Assembly: GCA_002269645.1 (NCBI GenBank)
Contig: NIVC01001691.1
Location: 1-64,000 of the forward strand
DNA length: 64,000 nucleotides
Reading direction: 5' to 3'
Source: Macrostomum lignano
Lineage: Eukaryota
Shown here: in pieces, positions 33,661-48,100 of the stretch
Layout of the letters: every line of letters starts with the position of its first letter
Position numbering within the stretch: position 1 is the stretch's first letter
Program-made: the position numbers and the translations under genes
The notes under the pieces: generated by a model
The model's database searches: none
Seen by the model: only the letters and a program-made list of their open reading frames with translations
What the model was told of the DNA's origin: nothing

Positions 33661-35164
33661 GTTTGAGTTTGCTAGACAGGAAGCTTTGATAGGTGAGCAA
33701 AGAAGTAGTCAGTAATCAGACAAGGTAGACAAAAGCAAATTTTTAGAGGTAGACACAGGTAGACAGGGTGGAGAGAGAAGTAGATAAGCAAGTTAGTAGA
33801 TAGCGGTTTCCTACAAAGGTTTCGTGAGGATTGCATCAGGCCTCATCAGTGTCATCTGTCTGGAGAATAAATAGTGCTCCAAAACCTTCACTAATCGCCA
33901 GGCTCAACAATATAGAGTTTTTGACAGCTTGACAATATTTCAGAAAAAGCCAGACCTCTGAGACAGAGATCCAACCTCTCCGGAGTCAAGAGGTTATTGG
34001 GCCCGGGGTGCTCGACGAAAGGAATAAATTGGGCAAAATTTAGAAAATTTTGATTATTGCTCAACAGACATTTCTTTGGGGTGGAAGGATTTTAGCTGCA
34101 TGAAGTCGGGGGAGGGGGGTTGTTGTATGAAGAGTTGTAAAAAAGTTGGCCAGACTGAGTAAGGAAGGCATTGCTCAGTAGTTACTCATTTAATGACAGC
34201 CGTGGGGTGGACAATTTAATCAATGAATGCATTGGACAGGCTCGCTACAAAAATGATATCTATTAAGCTGGTTTCTAGTCCTGATAGAGGACAGCTGCAA
34301 TTCCCACTGCAGCCCACCCTCCTTGCCATTGACGTTTCTGGAGCGAGTTTTGCTTGCAATTGCTTTTTTGCAAAGCTTTTCTGGCTCTCAAAGCCATGGG
34401 GGAGGGCAGTGTGCCCATGCCCCTACAGCTATCATTCTTTGACTGTGATAGGTGCTGCTGATTAGGAAAAAAATAGCCAACTTTCCAATTGAATCAGCTG
34501 GGATGAGCTGCAGCAGCATCATCAGTCCAAAATCCTACAGGTGAGGCTCTCTCAGAGCAACCCCTGCACCAGCCCACTACCCTAAAGGTAGTTTTTTCTC
34601 TCTCTCAGCTCCGGCCTTGAATGACAAGCGCGTGACAGGTAGGCCGCGGACGTCAAGTGGTCGCCTCCTTCATCAACAATAATAATCATAATCATGATAA
34701 TAACAGAACTCTAATTGCGATTTGCCCCGCAGCTGCCCTTGTGAGACTCAATAATTCAAACAGGTTGGCCTTGGTAGGAAGCCCTGCCTGCTGCTGACAG
34801 CTCCACCAACCCCCCCCCCCAAAAAAATCATCCCCATTGCTAAATCCCATTTAATGACTGCCAATAATCACTACCTGGATTGGCTTCAGTTGTAGTCTGT
34901 CTATCTCTTCCCCTGCCTCCCCCCCCCCAGAGTGTTTGGTCGCTCATCAAACTCACCTGCTCAACAAGATGATTTCTCAGTTGCGTTTTTCTACCTGGCT
35001 GGGTTTGGGGGCTGCTACTGATGCTTGCAAAAATAGCAAACAGAAGCTAAATTAAATTTCCTGCTCTGTGCGACTAGGGCCCACTTCTTGTAGCGTTAAC
35101 GCAAGTTAAAGGTGTCTGTGATACCTTTTACCTACCAGACACCTTCCAGATCGTTTGTTGCTTG

Positions 35165-35630
35165 ACCGCCACCACCCTCCCAGATCCCCAGGCTCTGCTG
35201 TCACCCTCCCAGATCCCCAGGCTCTGCTGTCACCCTCCCAGATCCCCAGGCTCTGCTGTCACCCTCCCAGATCCCCAAGCTCTACCGTCACCCTCCCAGA
35301 TCCCCAAGCTCTACCGTCACCCTCCCAGATCCCCAGGCTCTACCGTCACCCTCCCAGATCCCCAAGCTCTACCGTCACCCTCCCAGATCCCCAAGCTCTA
35401 CCGTCACCCTCCCAGATCCCCAAGCTCTACCGTCACCCTCCCAGATCCCCAGGCTCTACCGTCACCCTCCCAGATCCCCAAGCTCTACCGTCACCCTCCC
35501 AGATCTCCAGGCTCTACCGTCACCCTCCCAGATCCCCAAGCTCTACCGTCACCCTCCCAGATCCCCAAGCTCTACCGTCACCCTCCCAGATCTCCAGGCG
35601 GGGCCTCGGCCACCCTCCCAGATGCAACCA
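35165..35630. repeat. 29-bp minisatellite (CCCAGATCCCCAAGCTCTACCGTCACCCT)
   Basis: About 16 units; shares the CTCCCAGATCC core with the 20.9-kb array. Confidence 0.9.
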
Positions 35631-38369
35631 CTAGATCACTTTCTCGATTAAAGTCTTGGCCCGTATGGATTTAGGCTATTAAAAATGTCTATCCCAAAAT
35701 TGAGCGAAGTTTTCTCGCACCACAGTCTAGCTGTATAGATTAGCATGCGCACTGTACATCATGCCATCAGAACGGACGCCAAGATCTCATATGTTAGCAT
35801 ATAGTCACCTTAAGCCAGATAATTAAGGTGGCTGTGAAACAGTGTTCGGTCCCGTGTGAATTGAGGCAAGAAACAAACATTGGAGGCGAATATTGATAAG
35901 AAAATCGTCTCTGTCCCTAAAGCCCACCAACGTGGCGGTGTTATCTAATTGGTTAATCACAGACTCAAAAGTTGCGCGTCGCCCACTGGTGTTTTCTTTC
36001 GACTATAGCGGCTACGCTCCGGAGTAATCTATTTATCTGAGCTCGCATGTAATGCAACCCCAGGCCCCCACCCTAGAGACCATTGAGGAAGTCAATGCCG
36101 GCTAATATAGAAAACGTCGATACAACAACAACAAGAAGATATACCTGACTGACAAGATCTGCTGACACGCCCACTCGGGTCTGCTTACTAACAATACGGA
36201 ATTCCACCTGTTTAATAATTAATAATTAAAGAAAGTGGAAGATTATGTTTAAATAACGCTGAAGTTGCAGGGGCCATGCAGTCTAATTCCGTTCACCGAC
36301 AAAAGTCAGCTTTGCAGGGAGGGGGGGGGGGTTAAATTGATACCACCATGATATTAATGACGCTCAGTTCCGCGCATTCGGTTCGGACACAAAAATCGGA
36401 CAGTTCGCAGTGAAGAATTGCCCGGATGTTGATCGTTAATTCCCCTATCTGCCCTGCTGGCCCAGACAGATCTGAGCAGGCTTACAGTGAGAGTTGTCTT
36501 GCTTTGTGTTGGCAAGTTTATCTCTTTATCATTTCTCCCTTTCTGTGCGCGTGGTATTGCCCAGATTCTGCAAATATGCTGCTTTTTTCTGACTGCTTGT
36601 TGCTCTATAGCTTGTGTTTACAGATATGTGTGTGTTGGAAGTCTTTCTTGAGGTTGGTGTTTTAGTCTCCAAGAGGGCGGGATAGGGCCTCGATTCCTCT
36701 CGTGCATTCGCCGTCTGAAGAGGCGCCCCCACCCGTGTATAGGCGTTCAGGCGCTTGTTATGTAACTAAAACTTGTTAGGTCGAGTCGACTCTCTCTGCG
36801 ATCCTTACTCTTGGCTTGCTTTGTCTTCTGCTTTTGTCAATTGTGAGCCTTCTGCTCTGCGGATGGTTGTTGGGAGATTTTTATTATACTAACCTGGGAC
36901 TCGCGCTCCTTATTTTCCCCGCATTCTTGGAGCGAGACTGGGGAGTCTGGAGACCGAGATCCGGCATCATAGCAACTAAAACTTCTCCATCTTCGAGGAT
37001 AAGAAGCCAGTATATTTGGAATGCGAAAAAATCTGCTGGAGAAATCTTCAGTGTTTTCCTGGAGAGTCGCTCTCCCTCCCGGAGCCGATCAAACACACCC
37101 GGGGCAGGGGATTAGGTTGGCAAGTTCCGCTGTAAGTTTCCTGCAGCAAATATTGAATCAAAAATACTGTCTGTGTACGAGAGTGATGAAGGGTCACGGC
37201 AACCGAAAGACTCCCCCGATTCCGCTTCCCCCTGTCTTCCCGTCTGCTTTGAAATCAGTCAACAAAGCGATGCAGCAAACAGATTCCTACAGAGCAACTA
37301 TTATGAAAGTTGGGAAAAAAATAAGTTTCCCAAATCCCCTGGACGGTGTGACAAGTGCGGGGCCCCTTCAGATTCCACATCCTGGCAGCATCCGCATGCG
37401 GCAGGTGCCGCTGTCTCCATCATCCAGCTCCAGCTTGCCCCCAATTCTAGCCGTGAAGAATTGAGCATTCTTATTGGAGATGACGCTAATGGGGATGTTT
37501 TTTAAATTCATCATCATCCGCTAATTGCATGTTTGACAAAGCCAAACTGCAGGCATTGGTTTTATTAGAGTTTTTCAGATATCCCCAAACAGCATGGCAA
37601 GCAGTGTTGGGAAGATTTTTCAGACTATAGGCGAACCCCCCCCCGACCCCCTGCTGAGACGCTAACTGCTCTGCTCATTAAGTTGCTGAGTCGCGCAAGT
37701 CTCCAAGAGCAGGCGCAGACGATGAAAAGCAATGCTTTTGTGTTTAGTGATAGAGCAGCGGCGCAACAGACAGGGCCTCCTGCCGCCGCCGCCGCCGCAT
37801 CAACAAAACGGCATCTTTTGTCCCGCCCACCTTCTCAGTCTCTGGCGTCTCAAACTCCTTCCTTCCTTCCTTCCTTCCTTCCGTCCGTAATTCCTCCTCC
37901 CGTTCTTTGTTCAAGAATTCCGCAATAAAAAAGGCCTTTTACTCTCCGCGTGTCTGTGGAACCGTCCTTGGCTAATTGCTTGCCAACAACTCAAGGCTTG
38001 GATAGTTTTTAAAGGCTGAGGTCTCAAGGTTATCTCGCCCCGCCTCACAAAGGTGAGAGTTCTACGAGCCAAATGTCCACCAAGCGGTTTCGAGAGAGGG
38101 TTGAGCTCGAATCGGAGGAGGGTCCGGCGGTAACATTCTTTTATCGACGCCTGGGGATCCCCTCGGGAGATCCACGTGGGAGACATTATTTAGGCAGATC
38201 TTGACCTCCCCGGGCAACGATTTCTCACGCGACAGCCAGATGCTCCCGGCCAACCCCTCTGCATGGCCGACCGTTGCAGCGTGCTACCAAACTCTTATTA
38301 TCGTGCTCTTGGCCTTGTTTTATTGTGCCCTGCTCAGCACACGCAATTCATGAACTGTGCTCGGATAGT

Positions 38370-38790
38370 ATCTGGCGCCTCCCTAATTCTGGCGCCTCCC
38401 TAATTCTGGCGCCTCCCTAATTCTTGTGCCTCCCTAATTCTGGCGCCTCCCTAATTCTTGTGCCTCCCTAATTCTGGCGCCTCCCTAACTCTGGCGCCTC
38501 CCTAATTCTGGCGCCTCCCTAACTCTGGCGCCTCCCTAATTCTGGCGCCTCCCTAACTCTGGCGCCTCCCTAACTCTGGCGCCTCCCTAACTCTGGCGCC
38601 TCCCTAACTCTGGCGCCTCCCTAACTCTGGCGCCTCCCTAACTCTGGCGCCTCCCTAACTCTGGCGCCTCCCTAACTCTGGCGCCTCCCTAACTCTGGCG
38701 CCTCCCTAACTCTGGCGCCTTCCTAACTCTGGCGCCTCCCTAACTCTGGCGCCTCCCTAACTCTGGCGCCTCCCTAACTCTGGCGCCTTC
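38370..38790. repeat. 17-bp minisatellite (CTGGCGCCTCCCTAACT)
   Basis: About 24 units. Confidence 0.9.
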
Positions 38791-39724
38791 TCATGCTTGC
38801 AGAAAAATTGTCCCATTTCTGACATAGAAACACAACGCCCACACTGTCCAGCAGAGGAAAAACAATTGAGAACTCCCACTCACTCACTCAACCAGTTTGG
38901 GGGGTGGGGAGAAAACCTCAGCGGTAAAATGAGGGGCTCCAGCGACCCCCTCACACTGCCCCCCCCCCCGCAGACCCATGCGAGGCAGGGAGGGCAGCTG
39001 AAAGTTTCCTAGATTTTAGATTGCAGCTTGAGGCGGTGGAGGAGCCGGTTTTGTGAGTGGCTTCAAACACACAGCATGAGCTGGTGAGCTGGGAAATCAC
39101 TTAGCTAGCTGCCTGCTGCCCACCGCTACCACCAGCAGCAGCAGCAGCTCCCCAGCTCCAAGAGGGCTATCACTTGCGAGCGCTGGGCCATTCCACTCAT
39201 TGCTTTAACTAGCCATTACCATTATAGCTTCAAAACTAAAGACAGGCAGGCAACTCTCTTCTGCGCATTCTGAGGGAAGGGTGGGGAGAGAGTTTGCAGA
39301 TCTGACAATAAGAGAATGCTATAAGCTTAGTCTGCAGTCAACCCCCATCTGAGAAAGAAAGACTGGGGGAGGGGGATCTCTGACTACAGGGACAGCTGTT
39401 TTATTTATGAGCTTGTTGGGTTTCTGTTGCACATGTAGCAGCAGCAGCAGCAGCACAAGCAGATTGACTTGACTGGTCCCCTCCCCCATGAACTGGAGAC
39501 TGCGCTGGCCTCGCTGCTGGGCTTCTAACAGATTCTCAAATCCAACGGGTCCAATGCAGCTGTCCATTTTAGGGAATTAAGACCCGCTTGCTGCTGCTGC
39601 TCATCTCCGCCTCCTTGCCTTGTCTTCTGCATTTCCCCCACCATTGTGGCTTTCATACAGCATTCCGAGTTTTCACCCCGTCTGCTTCTCAGGTGCTTTA
39701 CGAACCGGCTCGACACTGCTCTAT

Positions 39725-40095
39725 TCGAATCTGCTTCTACCTGCTCTGCTTCTACTCGCTCTGCTTCTACCCACTCTGCTTCTACCCGCTCTGCTTCTAC
39801 CCGCTCTGCTTCTACCCGCTCTGCTTCTACCCGCTCTGCTTCTACCCGCTCTGCTTCTACCCGCTCTGCTTCTACCCGCTCTGCTTCTACCCGCTCTGCT
39901 TCTACCCGCTCTGCTTCTACCCGCTCTGCTTCTACCCGCTCTGCTTCTACCCGCTCTGCTTCTACCCGCTCTGCTTCTACCCGCTCTGCTTCTACCCGCT
40001 CTACTTCTACCCACTCTACTTCTTCCCGCTCTACTTCTACCCACTCTACTTCTACCCACTCTACTTCTACCCACTCTTCTTCTACCCACTCTGCT
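39725..40095. repeat. 15-bp minisatellite (CTCTGCTTCTACCCG)
   Basis: Explains five overlapping low-complexity ORFs. Confidence 0.9.
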
Positions 40096-40809
40096 TCCTT
40101 CATAGGCACTCTACTATCTGCCATAAGCTACTACATTCAATACTAGTTTTCACTCTATAAATGCTACAAGGAGCAGAAAAATGCACAAAGACTTTCTCAC
40201 TAGATTCGAATCCTATGGTTGCATTCCAATAACACCCCAGTTGTCTCCCCAGCAACCGCATTGCAATATTCGTGCCTGCCCAATTCAAGACGGCTTATTA
40301 GGGAGTATTTTAGCTGAAAAAACTTCTGCTACTATGAGCTATATTATTTTTGTGTTTATCCCAATGCGCTGCCGCAATGTAGCGGATTGAGAAGCGGCAA
40401 ATTGAAGAAGAAGAAGAAGAAGTGAAAAGCAGTTTAACATCATCAATTCCCTTATTCGCCTGCGGGCCGGGGGTTGAGCTGCATGAATTATTAATGAGGC
40501 GGCCCCAATTTCTGCCTGCTAATTCAAAAACTGTTGCACGAGTTGAGAGTTTAGATGAGCCTACAAAACTGTCCGCCCCGCTCTAATCTTCATCAGCTTC
40601 ACCGGCCCCGGGGCTTTGGGCAAGGAGCCGCGGCAGCTTCTCTGTGTTGTAGATTTTTGTAGCGTTGATGCAAAAACTTTCAATTTTTCGACTTTGGGGA
40701 GGAAGGGAGACCAGAACTTCCTTCACGAGTTCTTCGAGTCCTGATATGGGAATAATTATGTATTTGAGCAACTAAGCCTTATGAGGTCAATTCGTGATCG
40801 GCTGAGGGG

Positions 40810-41010
40810 CTAAGTTGTGTGAGGCGCCAAAATGAGTGAGTTGTTTGAGGCGCCAAAATGAGTGAGTTGTTTGAGGCGCCAAAATGAGTGAGTTGTGTGA
40901 GGCGCCAAAATGACTTGTTTTAGGTGCCAAAATGAGTGAGTTGTTTGAGGCGCCAAAATGAGTTGTTGCGGCGCTAAAATGAGACTTTGAGGCGCCAAAA
41001 TGGGGCGAAG
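40810..41010. repeat. ~26-bp array (GAGGCGCCAAAATGAGTGAGTTGTTT)
   Basis: Core is the reverse complement of the internal repeat in the 62.4-kb MITE. Confidence 0.8.
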
Positions 41011-41674
41011 CGTCACATTAAATAAACTCCGGCCTCAATTACACCTGCACTGCCTATTGGTCGTATCCTAAAATTAATATCGAGCTTCAGCTCAGCTTGG
41101 TATCCATGGCTTCAGCGTTTGGCTGATGTAGCTTCTTAAACCAGCCTCCTGTGCGCTTCTTTCCACTCTCACTCTCACCTTTGCCTATTAAGTGAATTGT
41201 GTTTGTGCAATAGAAAAAACCCTGGTTAACACAAGGAGCGGGGCGTGAAGTTAGCATTGCTTGACAGACGTTTGCTCTTAACAAACAAATTGAAGGCAAC
41301 CAATCCACTTGCTTGAAGCAAGCAAGCGTTATATCAACTTTACAGGCGTTTCGCTGGGTGTTTCACCTGTGTAGTAAACTGTCAAAGGTGTCACGCCAAT
41401 CTCTGTCCAGTCCGCAATATCCCTGTTGTTGTTCGTTTTTTCTAATTCTACCCAGTGGAACTGACACAACAGGACTTTCTGACAAGTTTTTCTATTGCTT
41501 AACAAGTGGATTCTGACTGACAGCCATGCAGAAGCTGACTGTGTTGCGATGGACACAACTCGAGTGTTTCTGTAGCTCTTTTTTCGACTCGGGTGTGTTT
41601 AAATTGCCTTTTTTGAATAAATGGTAGCTAGCAGCAGCTGAGATGCTGGTTCTTGGCTAATGCTGAGTGCTGAA

Positions 41675-42185
41675 AACTGGATTGCTAATCTAGCCAATAT
41701 GGAAGGAATAGAATGGATTGCTAATCTAGCCAATATGGAAGGAATACAATGGATTGCTAGTCTATCCAATATGGAAGGGATAGAATGGATTGCTAATCTA
41801 GCCAATATGGAAGGAATAGAATGGATTGCTAGTCTATCCAATATGGAAGGAATACAATGGATTGCTAGTCTATCCAATATGGAAGGGATATAATGGATTG
41901 CTAGTCTATCCAATATGGAATGAATATAATGGATTGCTAGTCTATCCAATATGGAAGGGATAGAATGGATTGCTAATCTAGCCAATATGGAAGGAATACA
42001 ATGGATTGCTAGTCTATCCAATATGGAAGGGATATAATGAATGGATTGCTAGTCTATCCAATATGGAAGGAATATAATGGATTGCTAATCTAGCCAATAT
42101 GGAAGGAATATAATGGATTGCTAATCTATATAACATCATAAAGGAATAAAGTATGGATAAAGTAATAAATGGGATTGCTAATCTA
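41675..42185. repeat. 36-bp minisatellite (ATGGATTGCTAATCTAGCCAATATGGAAGGAATAGA)
   Basis: About 13 units. Confidence 0.9.
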
Positions 42186-42889
42186 ACTGCATGTCGAGAT
42201 CCCGACAAGATCCCAGCAGCATTACCAATTCCCACACCCCTGCCGCCTTTCATTTCAACCCCCGCTGGGTTCTCCACCCAAAGAACTCTGAGGCCAAAAA
42301 AAGGAAAGCCGAGACTCCGGGCCAAAGAAAGAAGAAGCTGGGCGCATTGATGAAGCGCTAAAAGACAGCGGGTGTCCAAGAGGACGCCCTCACAAAGAAT
42401 GCAGCATCCCCGTGTGGCTTGAGGTGTTAGAAAAACCTTGACACCCTCGCGGCTCCAGTGGCAGCGGCCAGAATTCATCCTCTGGAGGAACTTTAAGCGA
42501 CTCGTACAGGTTTTTTGCCTCTTTCTCTGCATTGTCCTCTCCTCTATTCCACTTGCTTCTTTCCTTTGTTTCTTCGGCATTTTCTCTTCACTAATTTATT
42601 TCGCGCGAAGTTCAGCCTCTCCAGAAAGGCCGACCATCGTTGAATGTCCATCTTTAGTATAGAACAAGCTGTTAAGAAGCCTATATTCAGCTATTGTTTA
42701 ATTCTCTTGTGTGAGGAAATTTCTTGAGTGTGTTAAAAAAAGCAGAGCAGCTCACCTAGGAGAGTAGGGGGGGGGCGGCAGCGGTCCCGCCTCCCATGTA
42801 AATCACCGCGCCACAAACTGCTGGAGCGAGATGGTGCCGTCTGGTTTGGCATTTCGACTCTCAGAAATGCGACCTCATAGAGCGGGGAA

Positions 42890-43345
42890 ATTATCTGCAA
42901 TCAGAGGGCTTTAAACTGCAATCAGAGGGCTCTAAACTGCAATCAGATAGCGCTAAACTGCAATCAGATAGCGCTAAACTGCAATCAGATAGCGCTAAAC
43001 TGCAATCAGATAGCGCTAAACTGCAATCAGATAGCGCTAAACTGCAATCAGATAGCGCTAAACTGCAATCAGATAGCGCTAAACTGCAATCAGAGGACTC
43101 TAAACTGCAATCAGAGGACTCTAAACTGCAATCAGAGGACTCTAAACTGCAATCAGATAGTGCTAAACTGCAATCAGATAGTGCTAAACTGCAATCAGAT
43201 AGCGCTAAACTGCAATCAGAGGGCTCTAAACTGCAATCAGAGAGCTCCGAACTGCAATCAAATAGCGCTAAACTGCAATCAGAGGGCTCTGAACTGCAAT
43301 CAGAGGGCTCTGAACTGCAATCAGAGGGCTCTGAATTGCAAACAG
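42890..43345. repeat. 21-bp minisatellite (AAACTGCAATCAGATAGCGCT)
   Basis: About 21 units. Confidence 0.9.
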
Positions 43346-45124
43346 AGGGCTGCAAGCAGAAATTAGAGAGGCTAAAAATGCTTTGGAAGGCGCCCAAATA
43401 GGAGAAACTCAATGCGGGAAAGACAGCGAGTCCAAACGGAGCCAGATGAGTGTCCACCCTGAAGTGTGGACACTGTGTGCTCAGCTCTCGCATTCTGATT
43501 GACGAGCTCGTCAGTTGGAGGACCATCTGCCCGGCTTTCTAAAACCCTGCTGCTGAACCCTACCGTTAATTTTTTATCCCAACAAACTAGGGTGAAGATG
43601 AAATTCAAAGTAATTCGCCTGGTGTAGCGAAGTTTCTCCAACCCCCAACCCGAGCCGCAGAAATTTTAATCCCAGAATTGCTTAATCCTTCTTTGGGAAT
43701 TTTCGTCCGCGGGATGAGAACTGGGAATAGTTCTCTTGACCCACTCGAGTCTTGAACAGCTTTTCCTCACTTCAATGAGATCCTTTCTACAATACGTTAG
43801 CTCTGACGGCTTCGTTTGCTAGTTTGCCGGGGGAATCCCTCGTTTCTATTTTTAGACTGCACTCCGCCTGCACGGATTTCCCTCTACGATGGGGCTGAAT
43901 TATTGGTTGGGATTATAGGGTCGATAGGGAAAAAGGGATAAACTCGTAATCATAGCTGGGGCCGCCTTTCATCTATCCGGTTGCGATTTGAGCGAATACC
44001 CAAAAATTAACGAATATAATCAGCCCCACAAAGGCGGGCTAGCGTGCACCCTCGGGCTAACACATCCTCAATGAGAGGGGATTTCAGTTTTTTTGCACAA
44101 ATCTCCCTTTTCCCCTCTTATTCTGTTGCTGAGGGCCAGTCCGGGGCTGAGAAATCGAGTTATCTGCAGACAGGCGGACGGGACTGCATGGTGAGCGGAG
44201 AGTCCACGGGCAGGGCTGGTCCGCGGCAGATTTAGCCCAGTGGCCAGTGCGGCAGAGACAACGTGAGGGAGAAGGCCCAAGGGACTGGAGTCACCTCAAG
44301 CCTTCCGCCAGCCTCGCTCCAAAACACCCCTCTCTGCCTCTGTCTCTGTCTCTCTCTCGAGGGAAATTCATTAGCTGATATAATCTCTGTGCTCTCGGAG
44401 TCTTTTGCAGAAATTGCCTCGCCATGATAAAGCGCGCGCGCGCGAGCGCTTGGTTTGCCCCTTTCTCTCTCCCTCTTCTAGGAGCAGCAGAAGCAAGCAA
44501 CAGCAAACGAGAAGGCCCCCCCCCACATCTGCCCTCTTTTCCCGCTTTCCCGACTGTTCTACAAGCCTGTCCACTGATGATTGGCCACTGTGCCATTTAT
44601 CACAAGAGACTGGGGAGCGAGAGATGAGGAGACTGCGGCCCGTTGTCTCAGGTTCCCCGTGCTGTTTGACTGCGTTGCGAACTGTAGGAGATGGGGTTGT
44701 CGGTTGGGAACAAGGATGAAATAATTATGAAATAATCCCAAATCCTTAATCTGCTATTTTTCAGAGAGAGAGAGTCTCCTGTAAAATCCCCTGGAGAGTA
44801 TATATCGGCTTCTACCCCCCCCCCCGCGCGGAGTTGGGCGCGAATCACAACTATATACTGGGAAGAATTTCCCTGCCCGCCCTCAGACTCCCCTCTCCCG
44901 CATACGCAGCTCGGATTCATCTTTAATTCAGCACCGACGCGAGGGTTCGCTCGGCGGATTTTTTAAACGGATTAAGCGGCCGCGCTGGTCCATCTGAGCT
45001 GCGGTGTCGCCTAAGCGATGATTTCCTGCCTGACCGCCTCCCGCCATTGCCTGGCAGCTGCTGAGCTGCCTGTTCAGGGGCCGCTAAGCTGACTGAAACT
45101 GGGCGGCAGCAGTGAGCTGTCTCT

Positions 45125-45600
45125 CTGAGACTCCTGAGATTCTGAGACTTCTGAGGTTGAATGCGACTGAGACTCAGGTTTGATGAGACTGAGATTGAGT
45201 GAGACTGAGTTATTGAGTGAGACTGAGATTGAGAGCGACTGAGATTGAGAGAGATTGAAATTAAGTGAGATTGAGAGAGACTGAGATTGAGTGAAACTGA
45301 GATTGAGTGAGACTGAGATTGAGTGATACTGAGATTGAGTGAAACTGAGACTGAGTGAGACTGAGATTGAGTGAAACTGAGACTGAGTGAGACTGAGATT
45401 GAGTGAGACTGAGACTGAGTGAGACTGAGATTGAGTGAGACTGAGATTGAGTGAGACTGAGATTGAGTGAGACTGAGATTGAGTGAAACTGAGACTGAGT
45501 GAGACTGAGACTGAGTGAGACTGAGATTGAGTGAGACTGAGATTGAGTGAGACTGAGATTGAGTGAGACTGAGACTGAGAATCAGAGGGAGATGGAGATG
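45125..45600. repeat. 16-bp minisatellite (GAGTGAGACTGAGATT)
   Basis: Direct inspection. Confidence 0.9.
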
Positions 45601-47164
45601 GAGACTAAGTCTTGGTTTCATAATGAGAGGACACGAACTGAGAAGCAGTGTGATGTAGCCTGATTAATAGATTATAATAGATTATCTCAGCAGGTAGCTG
45701 ATGGGATCGGCAAAAATTGTAATTATCCCAGCATTTCAGAGACAAACAAACTCATACATATTGTAGTGGGACTTCACGAGTCCAAAGCCGGGAGTTAACA
45801 GCAAGTTTAACAATCATAAAGCCCCATCACCACTCAGTGTCCGGGAGTCTGCACAAACACTATAGCCTAAAGCTATCAACGGGATACTTTATAATCCTTG
45901 CATCAGATAGTGGTTAGCAAGTTTGAACTCCCAGCCGTCACTGCTGTGTCCTGCCCGACAACACCTGTTGGAATGGCCTAAGCTATATTCCCCATCTACC
46001 TCTGAGCATTGCAGGAAGCGAAGTGCCATTAGAGGAGTGAAATAACTGCCCATGGGTATGCTCAAACAGATTCCCTGAGCTGAGACTGTGAGCAACTCTA
46101 CTAAAAAACTGATGCAGACTCTCCATCCCGGATCGCTCCAGTTTTCCATTTGGTTCATTCGCTGAGCTTATTTCATCAAATTTCATCAAAATTGTAAATT
46201 TTCCTCTTTCATGCGTGTGTATATGTATAACTTCACTCTCGCTCCGTCCCTCTCTTCAACTTTATTAATGGGAAAACCTTGACAAGGACTCCGCGTGAGA
46301 CTTCCCCAGGTGCTAAACGCCCCAACTATACTCTCTTCTTGTCATTCACTCGCTCATGATCCCACAGTTTTCACCAATCTGATTATTACTAGAAATTCAC
46401 TGGAAACTTTTCAAGACTTGGGGCGGAGCGGTCGAATTGAATTTTCGATATGGTTATTACGAGCTATAAGACCTCAGCTCAGGAGCTTCACTTTCGGACA
46501 GTATAATCTACCGTTGTTTTTAAGCTGGATCCGGGGGGGGAGCTTCATCAAGTCTGGCAACTTTTCTCTGCACTCGCAGTCAGGCGGGCACTGGCATAGA
46601 GAGTCTGGAAAGAGTTTTGCTTCATCCTGTTTAATCCGCGGCGCGCAGTTCACTGGTTTCCAGCCTCTCTCTCTCTCCTCTCTGCCGCATCACCTCCCAG
46701 ATCCCCCAAATCGACTTCTCAGCGGTTGGTGTCCAAGCCGCGAGCGGTATGAGGCGATCCCGTGGGGTTGCGGATGAGGCCATTAGCCTGCACCCGGATA
46801 AGTGGCCGCTAATCTGCTCGGATTACAAGGCCGCATGCATAATTCAGGGAATTTAACCGGGCCAGCAGCAATGAGCTTCGGGTGTACCGTTCTGCCGAAT
46901 CTGGGGACTCGAAGTTTTCCGAGCTTTTTATCGAGTTATTGAAACTGGGGAATCTCCCAAACTGGCAGAGTGAGTTTGTGCTTTTGTGGCCCAGATGCGC
47001 TGCCTTCGATTTTGACTTCAATTTTTTATGTTCCTCGCCGCGAATGACTTTCGGGATTTGGTAGGATTTAAATTGATCCATTCGAAGGGGTTGGCTGAGT
47101 TCGAAGCAAATTTAAGTAGTTAAGTTGCAGACGTTGTAAAACTTATGCTAATGTCTATCCAAGA

Positions 47165-48100
47165 CTTGAGTTAATGAGTTAGCCAATACCTGAGCTAATG
47201 AGTTAGCCAAGACCTGAGCTAATGAGTTAGCCAAGACCTGAGCTAATGAGTTAGCCAAGACCTGAGCTAATGAGTTAGCCAAGACCTGAGCTAATGAGTT
47301 AGCCAAGACCTGAGCTAATGAGTTAGCCAAGACCTGAGCTAATGAGTTAGCCAAGACCTGAGCTAATGAGTTAGCCAAGATTTTGAGCTAATGAGTTAGC
47401 CAAGACCTGAGCTAATGAGTTAGCCAAGATTTTGAGCTAATGAGTTAGCCAAGACCTGAGCTAATGAGTTAGCCAAGACCTGAGCTAATGAGTTAGCCAA
47501 GACCTGAGCTAATGAGTTAGCCAAGACCTGAGCTAATGAGTTAGCCAAGACCTGAGCTAATGAGTTAGCCAAGACCTGAGCTAATGAGTTAGCCAAGACC
47601 TGAGCTAATGAGTTAGCCAAGACCTGAGCTAATGAGTTAGCCAAGACCTGAGCTAATGAGTTAGCCAAGACCTGAGCTAATGAGTTAGCCAGGACCTGAG
47701 CTAATGAGTTAGCCAAGACCTGAGCTAATAAGTTAGCCAAGACCTGAGCTAATGAGTTAGCCAGGACCTGAGCTAATAAGTTAGCCAAGACCTGAGCTAA
47801 TGAGTTAGCCAAGACCTGAGCTAATAAGTTAGCCAAGACCTGAGCTAATGAGTTAGCCAAGACCTGAGCTAATGAGTTAGCCAAGACCTGAGCTAATGAG
47901 TTAGCCAAGACCTGAGCTAATGAGTTAGCCAAGACCTGAGCTAATGAGTTAGCCAGGACCTGAGCTAATGAGTTAGCCAAGACCTGAGCTAATAAGTTAG
48001 CCAAGACCTGAGCTAATGAGTTAGCCAATACCTGAGCTAATGAGTTAGCCAAGACCTTAGCTAATGAGTTAGCCAATACCTGAGCTAATGAGTTAGCCAG
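47165..48100. repeat. 24-bp minisatellite with GCTAA-TGAG-TTAGC palindromic core
   Basis: About 39 near-identical units; no spacers. Confidence 0.95.

Noticed and set aside
33790-33860. Possible hammerhead ribozyme on the minus strand (CTGATGAG...CGAAAC...GTA)
   Set aside because: Core words are present but stem II pairs only 1 bp and stem I cannot form; at most a degenerate Penelope-type remnant.
47165-48100. Palindromic 24-bp repeats resembling a CRISPR array
   Set aside because: Units are directly adjacent with no unique spacers, there are no cas genes, and the context is eukaryotic.
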